Shown here piece by piece: positions 38,495-48,548 of a DNA stretch of 64,000 nucleotides. The stretch covers positions 960,001 to 1,024,000 of the forward strand of contig OZ244070.1 in NCBI GenBank assembly GCA_965215605.1. Reading direction: 5' to 3'. The position numbers and the translations under genes are program-made. Source of the DNA: an uncultured Candidatus Binatia bacterium. Its GTDB lineage: Bacteria > Desulfobacterota > Binatia > UBA9968 > JAJDTQ01. Numbering within the stretch: position 1 is the stretch's first letter; the number at the start of each line of letters is the position of its first letter. The notes under the pieces are model-generated. The model was given only the letters and a program-made list of their open reading frames with translations, ran no database searches and was not told where the DNA came from.

Positions 38495-39622
38495 ATGCCG
38501 GGAGTCATCGACGCGGACACGCACATATCCGAGTCGGAGGGGATGTGGGAGTTCATGGAGCCTTCCATGCATCCCCGCCGGCCGGTGATGACCGAGGTGC
38601 CGGACGATACGCTCTACGCGGACATCAACGTCCTGTGGCTGATCGACGGGAACCTCTTTCCCAAGCCCGCCGGCAGGGGCGGCTTCCGGCTGGTGACGCC
38701 TTCACGCTCCAAGGGCCAGGTCCGGCGCAAGGACGTGCTCACCGCGTGCCGGGAGATCACCGACGTGCCGGCGCGGCTGGCGGACATGGACAAGCTGGGC
38801 GTGGACGTGCAGGTCATCTACCCGACCCTGTTCCTGGTCTACCTCACCGACGACCCGGAGTTGGAGGCCGCGTTGTGCCGGGCCTACAACGACTGGATGA
38901 CCGACGTGTGGTCGAAGTCCGGAGGGCGGCTCCGCTGGGTGGTGGTGCCGCCGCTGCATTCCATGGAGGCCTCCCTGGAGGAGATGCGGAAGGGCAAGGC
39001 CAACGGCGCGGTGGGGGTCACGCTCCGCGGCCTGGAGAGCGACCGCAGCATCGCCGAACCCTATTTCTTTCCCCTCTACGAGGAGGCCGAGAAGCTCGAC
39101 CTGCCCATCTGCATCCACACCGGGTCCGGCTCCCGCACGCTGCTCAACCTGTTCGACCTGGCCGTGAGCTCGGTGTTCGCCAACCAGGTGGTGCTGCCCC
39201 TGTTCGCGTTCCGGGACATCGTCGCCAACCACCTGCCGGCCCGCTATCCCGGCCTGCGGTTCGGCTTCATCGAGGCCAAGGCGAGTTGGATCCCCTATCT
39301 GCTGCATCTGCTCCGGCGGGAATCCCGGGCCGCGGTGGCCGGCGGCCGCAACGCGATCCAGCGCCCCCGGTGGAAGCACGAGACCAACGTGGAGATGTTC
39401 CGCGACTACCGTATCTACGTGGCCTGCGAGGCGGACGAGGACCTGCCCTACCTGCTCAACTACACCGGCGAGGACAACCTCCTCATCGGCTCGGACTACG
39501 GCCACACGGACCCCGCCCACGAGCCGCGCATGGTGGACGTGATGCGGGCGCGCGATGACGTCCCCGCCCGTGTCATCGAGAAGATCCTGGCGGACAATCC
39601 CAGGCAGTTCTACGGCCTCTGA
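38495..39622 (+). CDS. Amidohydrolase_2 family protein
   Basis: DADTHISE, QVIYPT, AYNDW, IHTG, FIEA, GSDYGH.D. Confidence 0.9.
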   Translation: MPGVIDADTHISESEGMWEFMEPSMHPRRPVMTEVPDDTLYADINVLWLIDGNLFPKPAGRGGFRLVTPSRSKGQVRRKDVLTACREITDVPARLADMDKLGVDVQVIYPTLFLVYLTDDPELEAALCRAYNDWMTDVWSKSGGRLRWVVVPPLHSMEASLEEMRKGKANGAVGVTLRGLESDRSIAEPYFFPLYEEAEKLDLPICIHTGSGSRTLLNLFDLAVSSVFANQVVLPLFAFRDIVANHLPARYPGLRFGFIEAKASWIPYLLHLLRRESRAAVAGGRNAIQRPRWKHETNVEMFRDYRIYVACEADEDLPYLLNYTGEDNLLIGSDYGHTDPAHEPRMVDVMRARDDVPARVIEKILADNPRQFYGL

Positions 39623-39677
39623 CGGACGGTCCCACGGACGGAACCGGCGGCGTCATCCAGCAGGATCGAGCCCAAGC

Positions 39678-40785
39678 TCAAAATCTGTAGAAGGCCAGGC
39701 CGTTCTCGCGCAGGATCTTCTGCTTGACCGCGTCGGAGATGTCGGCGCGCTCCCGGAGTTCCTCGATACCGGTCTCGCGGGCCTCGGCATGTGGGATATC
39801 GCCCTCGATGAGAATCTGGTCCTCTCCCACCAGGTCGATGACCTGGGGCAGGAAAGGCTCCTCCGCCTCACAGGTCACGTACACCCGCCCTTCCTTGAGA
39901 TACTCGCTGGGCGGCTTGTTCGAGCGGTTCCCCAGCATCGCCACCACCGGATGGTAGTGGTCCATGCGCCCGACCATGTAGGGTATCCATTCGGAGCCCG
40001 CCTCCAGAAAGGCCACCCGCAGCTTCGGAAAGCGGTCGAGCACGCCGCCGCCCAGGATGCTGAAAAAGCCCATGAACACCGGCAGCGTGAAGCTGAGGAT
40101 CAAGGATGCGTAGGGGTCCTCGCAGGTCTGGGTGAGTCCCGGGGCGCTCCAGCCTGTGTGGATGCACACCGGAAGGTCCACGTCGCAGGCCGCCGCGTAG
40201 AACGGCGACAGGTCCGGGTGGTGCAGCAACCGTTGTCCCGCGGTGCCGCCGATCATGAGCCCCACGGCGCCCATCTCCCGGGCGCGATGCACTTCGGCCA
40301 CGCAGGCGTCACGGTCCTGCATGGGGATGACCGCCGCCCACTTCAGGCGGTCCGGCCGCTCGCCGCACCGTTGCGCAATCCAGGTATTGTAGCTCCGCAT
40401 CAAGGCCGCCTCGAACCTCGCGTCTTCCGTGAGCCGGTGGAAGAGAATGGACGAATAGATCACCTGAATGTCGATGCCGAAGGCGTCCAGGTCCTTGATG
40501 CGGGCGTCGATGTCGGTCATGCCCTGGCTGCCGATGTTGAATATCTTGTCCCGGGCGAACTTCATCTCCAGGGGGGTGCCGCTGAACGTCGTGCCCGCCC
40601 CCCCACAACCGCGGATGGATCTGGCCGTCGATGAGCCACCACGCGTCGATGTGCGCGTGGGTGGCCAGGCCCTCGCCCTGCACCACCAGCGGCCTTCTGT
40701 CACGAAACTCCGGTTCCAGGTGGTCCCACGTCTCCGGGACCTCCATCACGTGCGAATCCGCGTCGACGACATCAATGGTTTTCAT
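39678..40785 (-). pseudogene. Amidohydrolase_2 family protein with a +1 frameshift in a G7 run
   Basis: MKTIDVVDADSHVME...IHPRLWG in one frame, continuing AGTTFSGTPL...EGDIPH in another; junction at homopolymer 40598-40604. Confidence 0.85.
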
Positions 40786-41147
40786 CGGCTCTCCTCACCG
40801 TTCCAGCCGCCGGCCCCTGCCGGCCGCCCTCGCTTTGGCCCGGACTATGGGACCATCCGTCCCCTCTTGTCAACGCCCGTGTCGCCCGGTCCTCCCACCA
40901 CCCCGGCCCGCCGGGGTTTCCCTTCCAAGATGAGCGCAATGGCTCACGGGTTTTCGCAATAACGCTGTCGTCCACGATGGAGGAACGTCTCTATCCCGGC
41001 GCCTTTGTTTCCCGCCCGACGAGGTAGTATACCCCTTGACGGCGGACAGACGGGAACGACCGGGCTTCCCGCGCCGATCCGGAACGCGGGAGGGGACCGG
41101 CCGGGGAATCCGCGACGGCAACGACACCCGCCGGCATCGGAGGACTC

Positions 41148-41786
41148 ATGAAACTCTACGGCTACTTCAGAAGCTCCGCGTCCTACCGGGTGCGAATCGC
41201 GCTCTCCCTCAAGGGCTTGGCCTACGATCTCCAGCCGGTCCATCTGCGTCGGGACGAGCAGCGGGCGCCGGCGTTTCTGGAACGCAACCCCCAGGGCCTG
41301 GTCCCGGCCCTCGAGGACGGCGGCACGGTGCTTGCTCAATCCCTGGCCATCATCGAGTACCTGGAGGAAACGGTTCCGGAGCCGCCCCTTCTGCCCGCGG
41401 CTCCGGCGGACCGGGCGTGGGTACGGGCGCTGGCCCAGATCGTCGCCTGCGACATCCATCCGATCAACAACCTCCGGGTCTTGCAGTACCTGGAAAAGGA
41501 GCTCGCCCTCGACGACGAAGCCAGAGCCGCGTGGGCGCGGCGCTGGATCGACGAGGGCTTCACGGCCATGGAGGCCATGCTCGAAAACGATACGCGCCCG
41601 GGCGACCATTGCTTCGGGAACCAACCGACCCTGGCGGACATCTGCCTCGTGCCGCAGATCTTCAATTCACGCCGTGTGGGCGTCGACCTCTCGCGTTATC
41701 CGACCCTGGCCCGGATCCACGAAAACTGCATGCGGAATCCCGCGTTCGCGGACCAGGCTCCGGAACGGCAACCCGACGCCGAATGA
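41148..41786 (+). CDS. maiA: Maleylacetoacetate/maleylpyruvate isomerase (zeta-class GST)
   Basis: YFRSSASYRVRIAL, NPQGLVP, QSLAIIEYL, CDIHP.NNLRVL, P.RQPD. Confidence 0.93.
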   Translation: MKLYGYFRSSASYRVRIALSLKGLAYDLQPVHLRRDEQRAPAFLERNPQGLVPALEDGGTVLAQSLAIIEYLEETVPEPPLLPAAPADRAWVRALAQIVACDIHPINNLRVLQYLEKELALDDEARAAWARRWIDEGFTAMEAMLENDTRPGDHCFGNQPTLADICLVPQIFNSRRVGVDLSRYPTLARIHENCMRNPAFADQAPERQPDAE

Positions 41787-43165
41787 CTCTCGCGCCTCAC
41801 CGGTGGGTGGCGTCCCTGGCCTGTGTGGCCGGGCTGGCGCTGGCCGTCGCGCCGGCGCCCGCCGGACTGCCGCCGGGCATACTGCCCGCGGCCGGGGTCG
41901 TGGTATTGTGCATCGGTCTGTGGGCCACCGCCGTCCTGCCCGAGTATCTGACCGCGGTCATCTTCTGCTTCCTGGCCGTGACCGTGGCCGGCGCTCCGCC
42001 GGAGGCGGTCTTCGCCGGTTTCTACTCAACCGCGGCCTGGCTCGTGTTCGGGGGGCTGATCGTTGCGGCTTCGGTGCAAGCCACCGGCCTCGGCGCCCGC
42101 ATCGCCAACGCCGCGGTGACCTACTTCGGCAACTCGTACCGTGGGTTCCTCTGGCGCATCGTCCTCACCGCCGCCCTCATGGGCTTCATCATGCCCTCCA
42201 ACATGGGCCGGGTGCTGGTCATGCTGCCCATCTTCCTGAGCATGGGGGAGCGGTTGGGTTTCGGCCCCGGCAGCAACGGCCGGACCGCCGTCACGCTGGC
42301 GGTGGCGGCCGGCAGCATCTTCCCGAGTTTCGGCATCCTGACGGCGGCGGTGCCCAACGTCGTCCTCCTGGGCGCGGCCGAGAGCATTCACGGGATCGAG
42401 ATCACCTACGGCGAGTATTTCCTGTTGAATTTCCCGGTCATCAGCGTCGTCAATCTGGTGGTGCTCCCCTTTCTGCTCGCGGCCCTTTTCCCGGACGAAC
42501 TCGAACCGGCTTCCGCGCCCGCCGCAAGCGCGCGGTGGACAGCGGCCGAACGCAACCTGGTGCTGATCCTGGCGGCGGCCCTGGCGCTCTGGCTGACGGA
42601 CCAATGGCACCGGACGTCTCCCGCATGGGTCGCGCTGGGAGCGGGGATCCTCTGTCTGTTGCCGCGGGTCGGCTGCATCCCTCCCACCTTCCTCACCGGG
42701 AAGGTCAATCTCGGCCCATGGCTCTTCATTTGCGGCATCATCGGCATGGGGTCGGTGGTCGTGCATAGCGGCTTGGGCGACTTGCTGGCCGGATGGCTGC
42801 TGGGACGGCTGCCCATGCAGCCCGGCCACGACTTCTTCAATCTCGCCGCCATGAGCGCCGTGGGCATGATCATCAGCATGGCCACCACGGTGCCGGGCGA
42901 GCCGGTCATTGCCGCCACCCTGGCCAAGGATATCAGCGCCGTCAGCGGCTGGCCCATCGCCACGGTGCTGCTGGCGCAGACCGTCAACTGGTCCATGGTG
43001 CCCTTCCCCTATGAGCTGCCGCCCATGGTGGTGGCCTCACGGATGGCCGGAATGGGCACCGGCCAGGCCACCCGGCTGCTGCTGGTCCTGACCCTGCTGG
43101 CCTGGGTGGTGACGCTGCCGCTTCATTTCGCCTGGCTCCGCCATTTGGGATACTTCGCGGGCTGA
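41783..43165 (+). CDS. SLC13/DASS family anion permease
   Basis: LWAT..LPE, WLVFGG, MPSNMGR, ILTAAVPN; many TMs. Confidence 0.8.
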   Translation: MTLAPHRWVASLACVAGLALAVAPAPAGLPPGILPAAGVVVLCIGLWATAVLPEYLTAVIFCFLAVTVAGAPPEAVFAGFYSTAAWLVFGGLIVAASVQATGLGARIANAAVTYFGNSYRGFLWRIVLTAALMGFIMPSNMGRVLVMLPIFLSMGERLGFGPGSNGRTAVTLAVAAGSIFPSFGILTAAVPNVVLLGAAESIHGIEITYGEYFLLNFPVISVVNLVVLPFLLAALFPDELEPASAPAASARWTAAERNLVLILAAALALWLTDQWHRTSPAWVALGAGILCLLPRVGCIPPTFLTGKVNLGPWLFICGIIGMGSVVVHSGLGDLLAGWLLGRLPMQPGHDFFNLAAMSAVGMIISMATTVPGEPVIAATLAKDISAVSGWPIATVLLAQTVNWSMVPFPYELPPMVVASRMAGMGTGQATRLLLVLTLLAWVVTLPLHFAWLRHLGYFAG

Positions 43166-43184
43166 CGGCGGACCGGACACCGGG

Positions 43185-43907
43185 ATGAGTTGGGAAACGG
43201 GACTCTACGCTTTCGCCGTGGTGCTGTCGGCCGCGAGCCTGCAGGGGATCACCGGGGCCGGCATGATGATCCTGTCGGTGCCGCCGCTGGTGGCAGCCCT
43301 GCCCGCCACCGTGGTGGTGCCGGGCATCGTCCTCCTCTACCTGCCCCTGGGACTGGCCCAGATCATCCAGCTCCGCCGGGACGTGGACCGGCGCCGTCTC
43401 GTTATCCTCGTGGTGAGTTCCGCCCTGATGGTGCCCCTGGGCGCCATGGTCCTGAGGGAGCTGGACACGGTCACCCTGCAACGCGGCATCGGCTGGCTGA
43501 TGATTGCCCTGGCGCTGCTGTTGCAGGTGAAGCCGGGCGCGCCCTTTGCGCGGGATTTCGCGCCCTGCGCGGGGGCCGGCCTGTTCGCCGGCTTCCTGGC
43601 CGCCAGCACTTCCGTTTCCGGCCCGCCACTGGTGCTGCTGGGGCTCAAGCAGCGTTGGGACCCGGCCCGCTTCCGCGCCACCCTGATCGCCTACTTCCTG
43701 ATCATCTCCGCCCTGTCCCTGCCGTTCTACTGGAAAATGGACCTGCTGACGCCCGTCACCTGGCGGCTGGTGCTCTACGGCCTCCCCGCCGTCGCCCTCG
43801 GCTACTTCACGGGAGGATGGCTCCGGGCGCGCGTCTCGGTGGCGGCGTTCCGCTGGCTCGCCACCGGCGTGGTGGTGGCCGGAGGCCTGGCCGCCGCGCT
43901 GCTCTGA
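43185..43907 (+). CDS. TSUP (TauE/SafE) family transporter
   Basis: QGITG.G, PLG, S.SGPP, FRATL..YF. Confidence 0.85.
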   Translation: MSWETGLYAFAVVLSAASLQGITGAGMMILSVPPLVAALPATVVVPGIVLLYLPLGLAQIIQLRRDVDRRRLVILVVSSALMVPLGAMVLRELDTVTLQRGIGWLMIALALLLQVKPGAPFARDFAPCAGAGLFAGFLAASTSVSGPPLVLLGLKQRWDPARFRATLIAYFLIISALSLPFYWKMDLLTPVTWRLVLYGLPAVALGYFTGGWLRARVSVAAFRWLATGVVVAGGLAAALL

Positions 43908-44051
43908 ACGGGGTGCGCACGGGCCATGGCCCGCGGGGTTGAATGCGAATTCAGGGCATCGGCCCGGTTGACAACTCCATGGCGCGTTGGTAGAAGCGCC
44001 AAATTGAAGAAGGTCGAACGTCTATCCTCAATCACCGGAAGGGAGACAGTT

Positions 44052-45584
44052 ATGCGAGATCGTTTACGGACCACATTCCTGGCGCTGCTCGTCGCGGCGC
44101 TGGCCCTGTGCCTCACCGCCACGGTGTCGTTGGCGCAGAAAAAGACCCGGGTGACCATCGGCGTCACCGAGACCATGGAGACCCACAACCCCTACGGCGA
44201 CAGCGTGGCGCTGCTCTACGGAATCTACACCGAACTGGCGGGCCCCCTGTGCAAGTACAACTGGAACGACGGTAAATGGGAGCCGCGTCTGGCCAAGAGC
44301 TGGAAGGTCGTGGACCCCAATACCTGGGTGTTCGAGCTGGACCAGCGCTACAAGTTCAACGACGGCAGCCCGGTGACGGCCCACGACATCGCTCACTCCA
44401 TCTGGCGCATCCTCAACGATCCCCAGAGCAAGCAGAAGGCATCCGTGGCCCGCCCGGTCAAGGAGGTCAAGGCGCTCAGCGACTTCAGCGTGCAGATCAC
44501 CACCAAGAAACCCACGGCGCCGCTGCTGGACTTCCTCTGTGACGGCCTGATCATCACCAGCAAGGCGGTGTACGACAAGCACGGCGCGGCGGAGGCCGAC
44601 CGGAAGCACCACATGGGTGGCGGCCCCTACGAGCTGGTGGAGCTGGTGCAGGGTCAGCGCATGGTCATCCGGAAGCGGCCCGATCACCCGGCCATGTCGC
44701 GGAATCCCGACGCGCCGGACGAAGTCGTCTTCCGCGTCATGCGCGAGACCGAGCAACGGCTGGCCGCCCTCCTGAACAACGAGGTGCAGGTCGCGCAGCT
44801 CATTCCGCCGCATCTGATGAAGACGGTGGAAGCCTCTCCGAAACACAAGATCGCGAAGGTCCAATCCCTCGTGCTCATGTTCCTGGCCATGCAGCCCAAA
44901 CCGCCCTTCGACAAGAAGGAAGTGCGCCAGGCGGTGTGCTACGCCATCGACCGGGACAAGATCATCAAGACCCTGCTGCAGGGGCAGGCGCAACGGCTCG
45001 ACGGCCCCCTCGGTCCCGGACAGTTGGGATACAACCCGAACCTCAAGACCCGTTACACTTACGACCCCAAGAAGGCGCGCGAACTGCTGGCCAAGGCCGG
45101 CTACCCCGACGGCGGCGTCGAGGTGGAGCTGCAGACCCCCGTGGGCCGCTACATTCTGGACAAGCAGGTGACCGAATCCATGATCCCGATGCTCAACGCC
45201 GCGGGTTTCAAGGCCAAGCTGCGGACGCCGGAGTGGCCCACCCTCTGGGCCAACGTCCAGAAGGGCAAGGTGCCGTTCTTCTACATGGGCCGTGGCGGCG
45301 TTCTCGATCCGAGCTCGGCGTTCCACCAGTACTTCAGAAAGGGCGGCTCGCCGCGGATCGGCTTCTCCCATCCCGACATCGATGCGGCCCTTGACAAGGA
45401 ACAACAGGAATTCGATCCGGAGAAACGGAACAAGTACCTCAGCGAAGCCATGGAATTGATCACCGACATGGCGCCGGCCTGCTTCCAATGGCGGCACGAG
45501 TTCCTGTGGGGCTTGGCGAATGACATCGACTATCAACCCCCGGCCGATTCCCGCATCTACGGCATGGACATCCGGGTGAAGTAG
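44052..45584 (+). CDS. ABC transporter substrate-binding protein, family 5 (peptide/nickel-like)
   Basis: LAKSW, KFNDGSPVTA.D, GGGPY, VRQA..YAIDR, YDPKKARELLAKAG. Confidence 0.92.
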   Translation: MRDRLRTTFLALLVAALALCLTATVSLAQKKTRVTIGVTETMETHNPYGDSVALLYGIYTELAGPLCKYNWNDGKWEPRLAKSWKVVDPNTWVFELDQRYKFNDGSPVTAHDIAHSIWRILNDPQSKQKASVARPVKEVKALSDFSVQITTKKPTAPLLDFLCDGLIITSKAVYDKHGAAEADRKHHMGGGPYELVELVQGQRMVIRKRPDHPAMSRNPDAPDEVVFRVMRETEQRLAALLNNEVQVAQLIPPHLMKTVEASPKHKIAKVQSLVLMFLAMQPKPPFDKKEVRQAVCYAIDRDKIIKTLLQGQAQRLDGPLGPGQLGYNPNLKTRYTYDPKKARELLAKAGYPDGGVEVELQTPVGRYILDKQVTESMIPMLNAAGFKAKLRTPEWPTLWANVQKGKVPFFYMGRGGVLDPSSAFHQYFRKGGSPRIGFSHPDIDAALDKEQQEFDPEKRNKYLSEAMELITDMAPACFQWRHEFLWGLANDIDYQPPADSRIYGMDIRVK

Positions 45585-45608
45585 CGGGACCGGTTCCCGC
45601 AAGCGAAG

Positions 45609-45652
45609 AGAGGGGCATGCTTCCGGCTGCGGCGGCATGCCCCTCTTTATTG
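45609..45652 (+). terminator. Rho-independent terminator
   Basis: agaggggcatgc...gcatgcccctct followed by ttatt. Confidence 0.7.
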
Positions 45653-45680
45653 TCTTGAAAAACCTTTCATGGAGGCGTTC

Positions 45681-46583
45681 ATGAAACCCCGATTCCGCGG
45701 AATCTTCATTCCGACCCTCACCACCTTCGACGACGACGGCGAGCCGGATTTCGACCTCCTCGGCGAGATGCTGGAGTTCCACATCGCGGCCGGGGTGCAT
45801 GGGCTCTTCGTCCTCGGTTCCACCGGCATGGGGCCGGTCATGACCACGGAGCAGCGCGTCGCCACCGCGGAATTCGTCATGGAGCGGGTACGAGGACGTC
45901 TCCCAGTCATCATGCACGCCGGCGCGGCCGACGTGCAGACGACCATCCGGCTCGCCCTCCACGCCCAAGGGCTGGGCGTGGAGGCCGTGGCCGTGGTGCC
46001 GCCCTACTACTTTACCGACCACACTCCGTGGGAGATCACCGCGCACTACAAGGCGGTGGCGGAGGCGGTCAACGGCACCCCACTGTTTCTGTACGACAAC
46101 GTCAAGTACTCCGGCTGGGCCTTCACCCCGCCGACGGCCAAGGCACTGCAGCGGGAAGTTCCCTCGCTGTGCGGGATGAAGGCGAGCTACTACGCCCAGG
46201 GACCTCTGCTGGGGTACCTGGAGGCCATGCCCGCGGACTTCGCGGTGATGTCGGGAAACAGCATCGACCTCCTGCCGGCTACGCCCCACGGACTGAGCGG
46301 AGCCATCCCGCCGCTGACCAGCGCCATCCCGGAGATCTGCGCGGCGCTTTGGGAGGCCCTGGATCGGAAGGACTACGACCGGGCGGTTCCGTTGCAGAAG
46401 AAAGCGGATGACTTCGGCCGGACCATTGGCCGCCTGGGACAGCGTTTCGGCCGCAGCGCCCACCGGGAGGCGATGCGGGCGCGCGGCTTCAAGATCAAGC
46501 GCTACCCGCGCTGGCCTTCCGAGGAACTCACCGAGGAAGCCATGCAGACCGTCGCGGACGCCTTGAAGGCCACCGGCCTCTGA
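45681..46583 (+). CDS. DapA/NAL family class I aldolase
   Basis: GSTG, PPYY, LYD, Schiff-base GMK.S; not in a lysine-pathway context. Confidence 0.88.
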   Translation: MKPRFRGIFIPTLTTFDDDGEPDFDLLGEMLEFHIAAGVHGLFVLGSTGMGPVMTTEQRVATAEFVMERVRGRLPVIMHAGAADVQTTIRLALHAQGLGVEAVAVVPPYYFTDHTPWEITAHYKAVAEAVNGTPLFLYDNVKYSGWAFTPPTAKALQREVPSLCGMKASYYAQGPLLGYLEAMPADFAVMSGNSIDLLPATPHGLSGAIPPLTSAIPEICAALWEALDRKDYDRAVPLQKKADDFGRTIGRLGQRFGRSAHREAMRARGFKIKRYPRWPSEELTEEAMQTVADALKATGL

Positions 46584-46612
46584 CGGTCCGCGCGTCGCCT
46601 GAGGCTGTACCT

Positions 46613-47041
46613 TCAGGCTTTCTGTTTGGCGGCGGCCTCCGGCGGCTCGAGATCCCAGCCGCTGGTGGACATGTCCATGATCACACCGTGGGGACCCCGC
46701 ACCTTCTGCTCGAAGTAGAAGCTGTGATGCGAGCCCACGGTGTCGCCCAGCAGTTCCGCCTCCGTCCCGTCCAGCCGCGCCTTGGCCTCTTCGAGGTCGT
46801 CCACCTGAAACCCCATGTGATGGAGTCCCTCGTAACCGGCTCCGCCCACCATATCCGCCGCCTCGTCGGAAGGGTAGTTCAGAAACGCGAAGTTGATGTG
46901 TCCGTCGGAGAGGAACACGCCGCCGCCACGGGGCGAGTCCGGCACCTGCTTGACGAACTTGAGACCGAAAACCTTCTGGTAGAAGGCCGCGGTCTTCTCC
47001 GGATCCTTGGTCGCGATCGCGATATGCCTCAGGCGTGCCAT
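46613..47041 (-). CDS. VOC/glyoxalase family protein
   Basis: RLRHIAI, FY..VFG, LSDG.IN, GLHHMGFQVDD, GPHG. Confidence 0.88.
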   Translation of the reverse strand: MARLRHIAIATKDPEKTAAFYQKVFGLKFVKQVPDSPRGGGVFLSDGHINFAFLNYPSDEAADMVGGAGYEGLHHMGFQVDDLEEAKARLDGTEAELLGDTVGSHHSFYFEQKVRGPHGVIMDMSTSGWDLEPPEAAAKQKA

Positions 47042-47088
47042 TCGTCACCCTTTCCCGTCAGGGCGTGCGCGCGGCACGCCGTAGCCAA

Positions 47089-47796
47089 TCAGTGGATCGA
47101 TTCCATCTCCCGGGCGATGCCGCCCAGGAACACCTGCCAGAACTCCAGCGACTGCCGCGACGCGTCCAGGATACCCTCCCACTGAACGTCGGTCCTGGCG
47201 TAGTCCGCCAGCAGCTTCATGGTCTGGCCCTTGTGATCGGTATCGGCTTCGCGATGGAGCCTGAAGTTCGGAAGCTGCTCCTCGGTCAGGCCGAGATCCC
47301 GCATCCAGCGCGCCTGGGCGCGGGTCTGGTGCGCGCCGCCGGGGATGATCGGATCCAGGTTGACCCGTTCCAGCACCGCCACTCCGCCGAGGCCTTCCAG
47401 CCAGGACAGATTGAAGGCGAGCCACGTCCAGCCGCAAAGCGCCGCCCGGGTGGACGGCAGCGGACGCGCGTTGTGCACCTCGTCCGCGGTCAGGCCCACG
47501 GCCTCGCCGTGCCGCACCCACAGGGTGTAGTGGTCGGAGCCGCAACGGGGATCGAAGAGCATCTCCTCGGTCTCGTGGGCCAGGAGCTCCTTCTTGATCT
47601 CCATGTGCGGGCAGCGCGCGATGAGGTAGGCCCACGCCGACCGCCTGCCGCGCACGAACAGACCGAACTGCTGCGCGATGATCCGCGCCCGCGGAATGGT
47701 CAACGGGAGGTTGTAGAAGCTTTCCGCCTCCGCGGTGGCGAAGGTGTCCCGTGTCATCTGGTTCAACATCTCGTCGTAGTCTGCCAGCTCGTTCAT
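47089..47796 (-). CDS. Heme-oxygenase-like diiron (PqqC/CADD/TenA-like) protein 1
   Basis: HETEE...DH...LE...HREADTDH ligand set; alternative start 47817 overlaps the upstream stop. Confidence 0.8.
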   Translation of the reverse strand: MNELADYDEMLNQMTRDTFATAEAESFYNLPLTIPRARIIAQQFGLFVRGRRSAWAYLIARCPHMEIKKELLAHETEEMLFDPRCGSDHYTLWVRHGEAVGLTADEVHNARPLPSTRAALCGWTWLAFNLSWLEGLGGVAVLERVNLDPIIPGGAHQTRAQARWMRDLGLTEEQLPNFRLHREADTDHKGQTMKLLADYARTDVQWEGILDASRQSLEFWQVFLGGIAREMESIH

Positions 47797-47809
47797 GGCC
47801 CCGTCCCCT

Positions 47810-48526
47810 TCAGGCATCCGCCGGTATGCGCTCCATGGCGTCGGCGATGCCGGCGCGATAGATGGTCAGAAGCTCCAGGGACTCCTTGACCGCCTGCAGC
47901 GCCTGCTCCTGCAACGCACCCGTGGCAAGCCTGGACAGATCCGGCAGGAACATGTCGCTGTGCTCCTCGTCCGCCTGGGAGTGGACTTCGAAGTTGGGCA
48001 TGTCCTTCATCTTGATGCCCATGTCCTCGATCCAGCGGCGCGCCATGCGGGTGGAGTTGCCGCCGCCCTGATCCATCAGCAGCCGGTCGTCGTTGCACCA
48101 CTCCGTCACCGTCAGCGCCGCCAACCCTTCCAGCCAGGGCTTCTCGCGGGTGATCCAGGCCCAGCCGTAGAGCGTCGCGCGGGTGGTGGGAATGGGTTCC
48201 GCCTTGAGGATGTCGTCCACGCCGAGGCCCACCGACCGGCCCTGCTTGAGGATCAGGCTGATGTGCCCGTGCTCGGAATACTCGTCCTTGATCACCTCGC
48301 CGTACTCGTGCTGCAGGATCTTCTGCTTCACCGGCCACTCGGGGCAGTTTCCCGAAACATGGGCCCAGCAATCGCGGCGATGCCGCACGAAGTGGGCGAG
48401 TTCCCTGATCACGACCTGCGCGCGCAACGGCGTCTGCCTGATGGAATAGTACCGGCTCAAGGTGTCGGAAGCCATGTGGTCCCGGACCATGTCGCCGATC
48501 GCCTTGCGCCATCCCTTGACGTCCAT
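47810..48526 (-). CDS. Heme-oxygenase-like diiron protein 2
   Basis: RRDCW, HEYGE...GH...TE...HSQADEEH. Confidence 0.8.
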   Translation of the reverse strand: MDVKGWRKAIGDMVRDHMASDTLSRYYSIRQTPLRAQVVIRELAHFVRHRRDCWAHVSGNCPEWPVKQKILQHEYGEVIKDEYSEHGHISLILKQGRSVGLGVDDILKAEPIPTTRATLYGWAWITREKPWLEGLAALTVTEWCNDDRLLMDQGGGNSTRMARRWIEDMGIKMKDMPNFEVHSQADEEHSDMFLPDLSRLATGALQEQALQAVKESLELLTIYRAGIADAMERIPADA

Positions 48527-48548
48527 TTCGATCCTCCCCCGATGACAC

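Noticed and set aside
44064-47048. 994-aa ORF on the - strand (likewise 16341-18887, 5486-7603, 12263-13735)
   Set aside because: Shadow frames of well-supported genes on the opposite strand or in another frame
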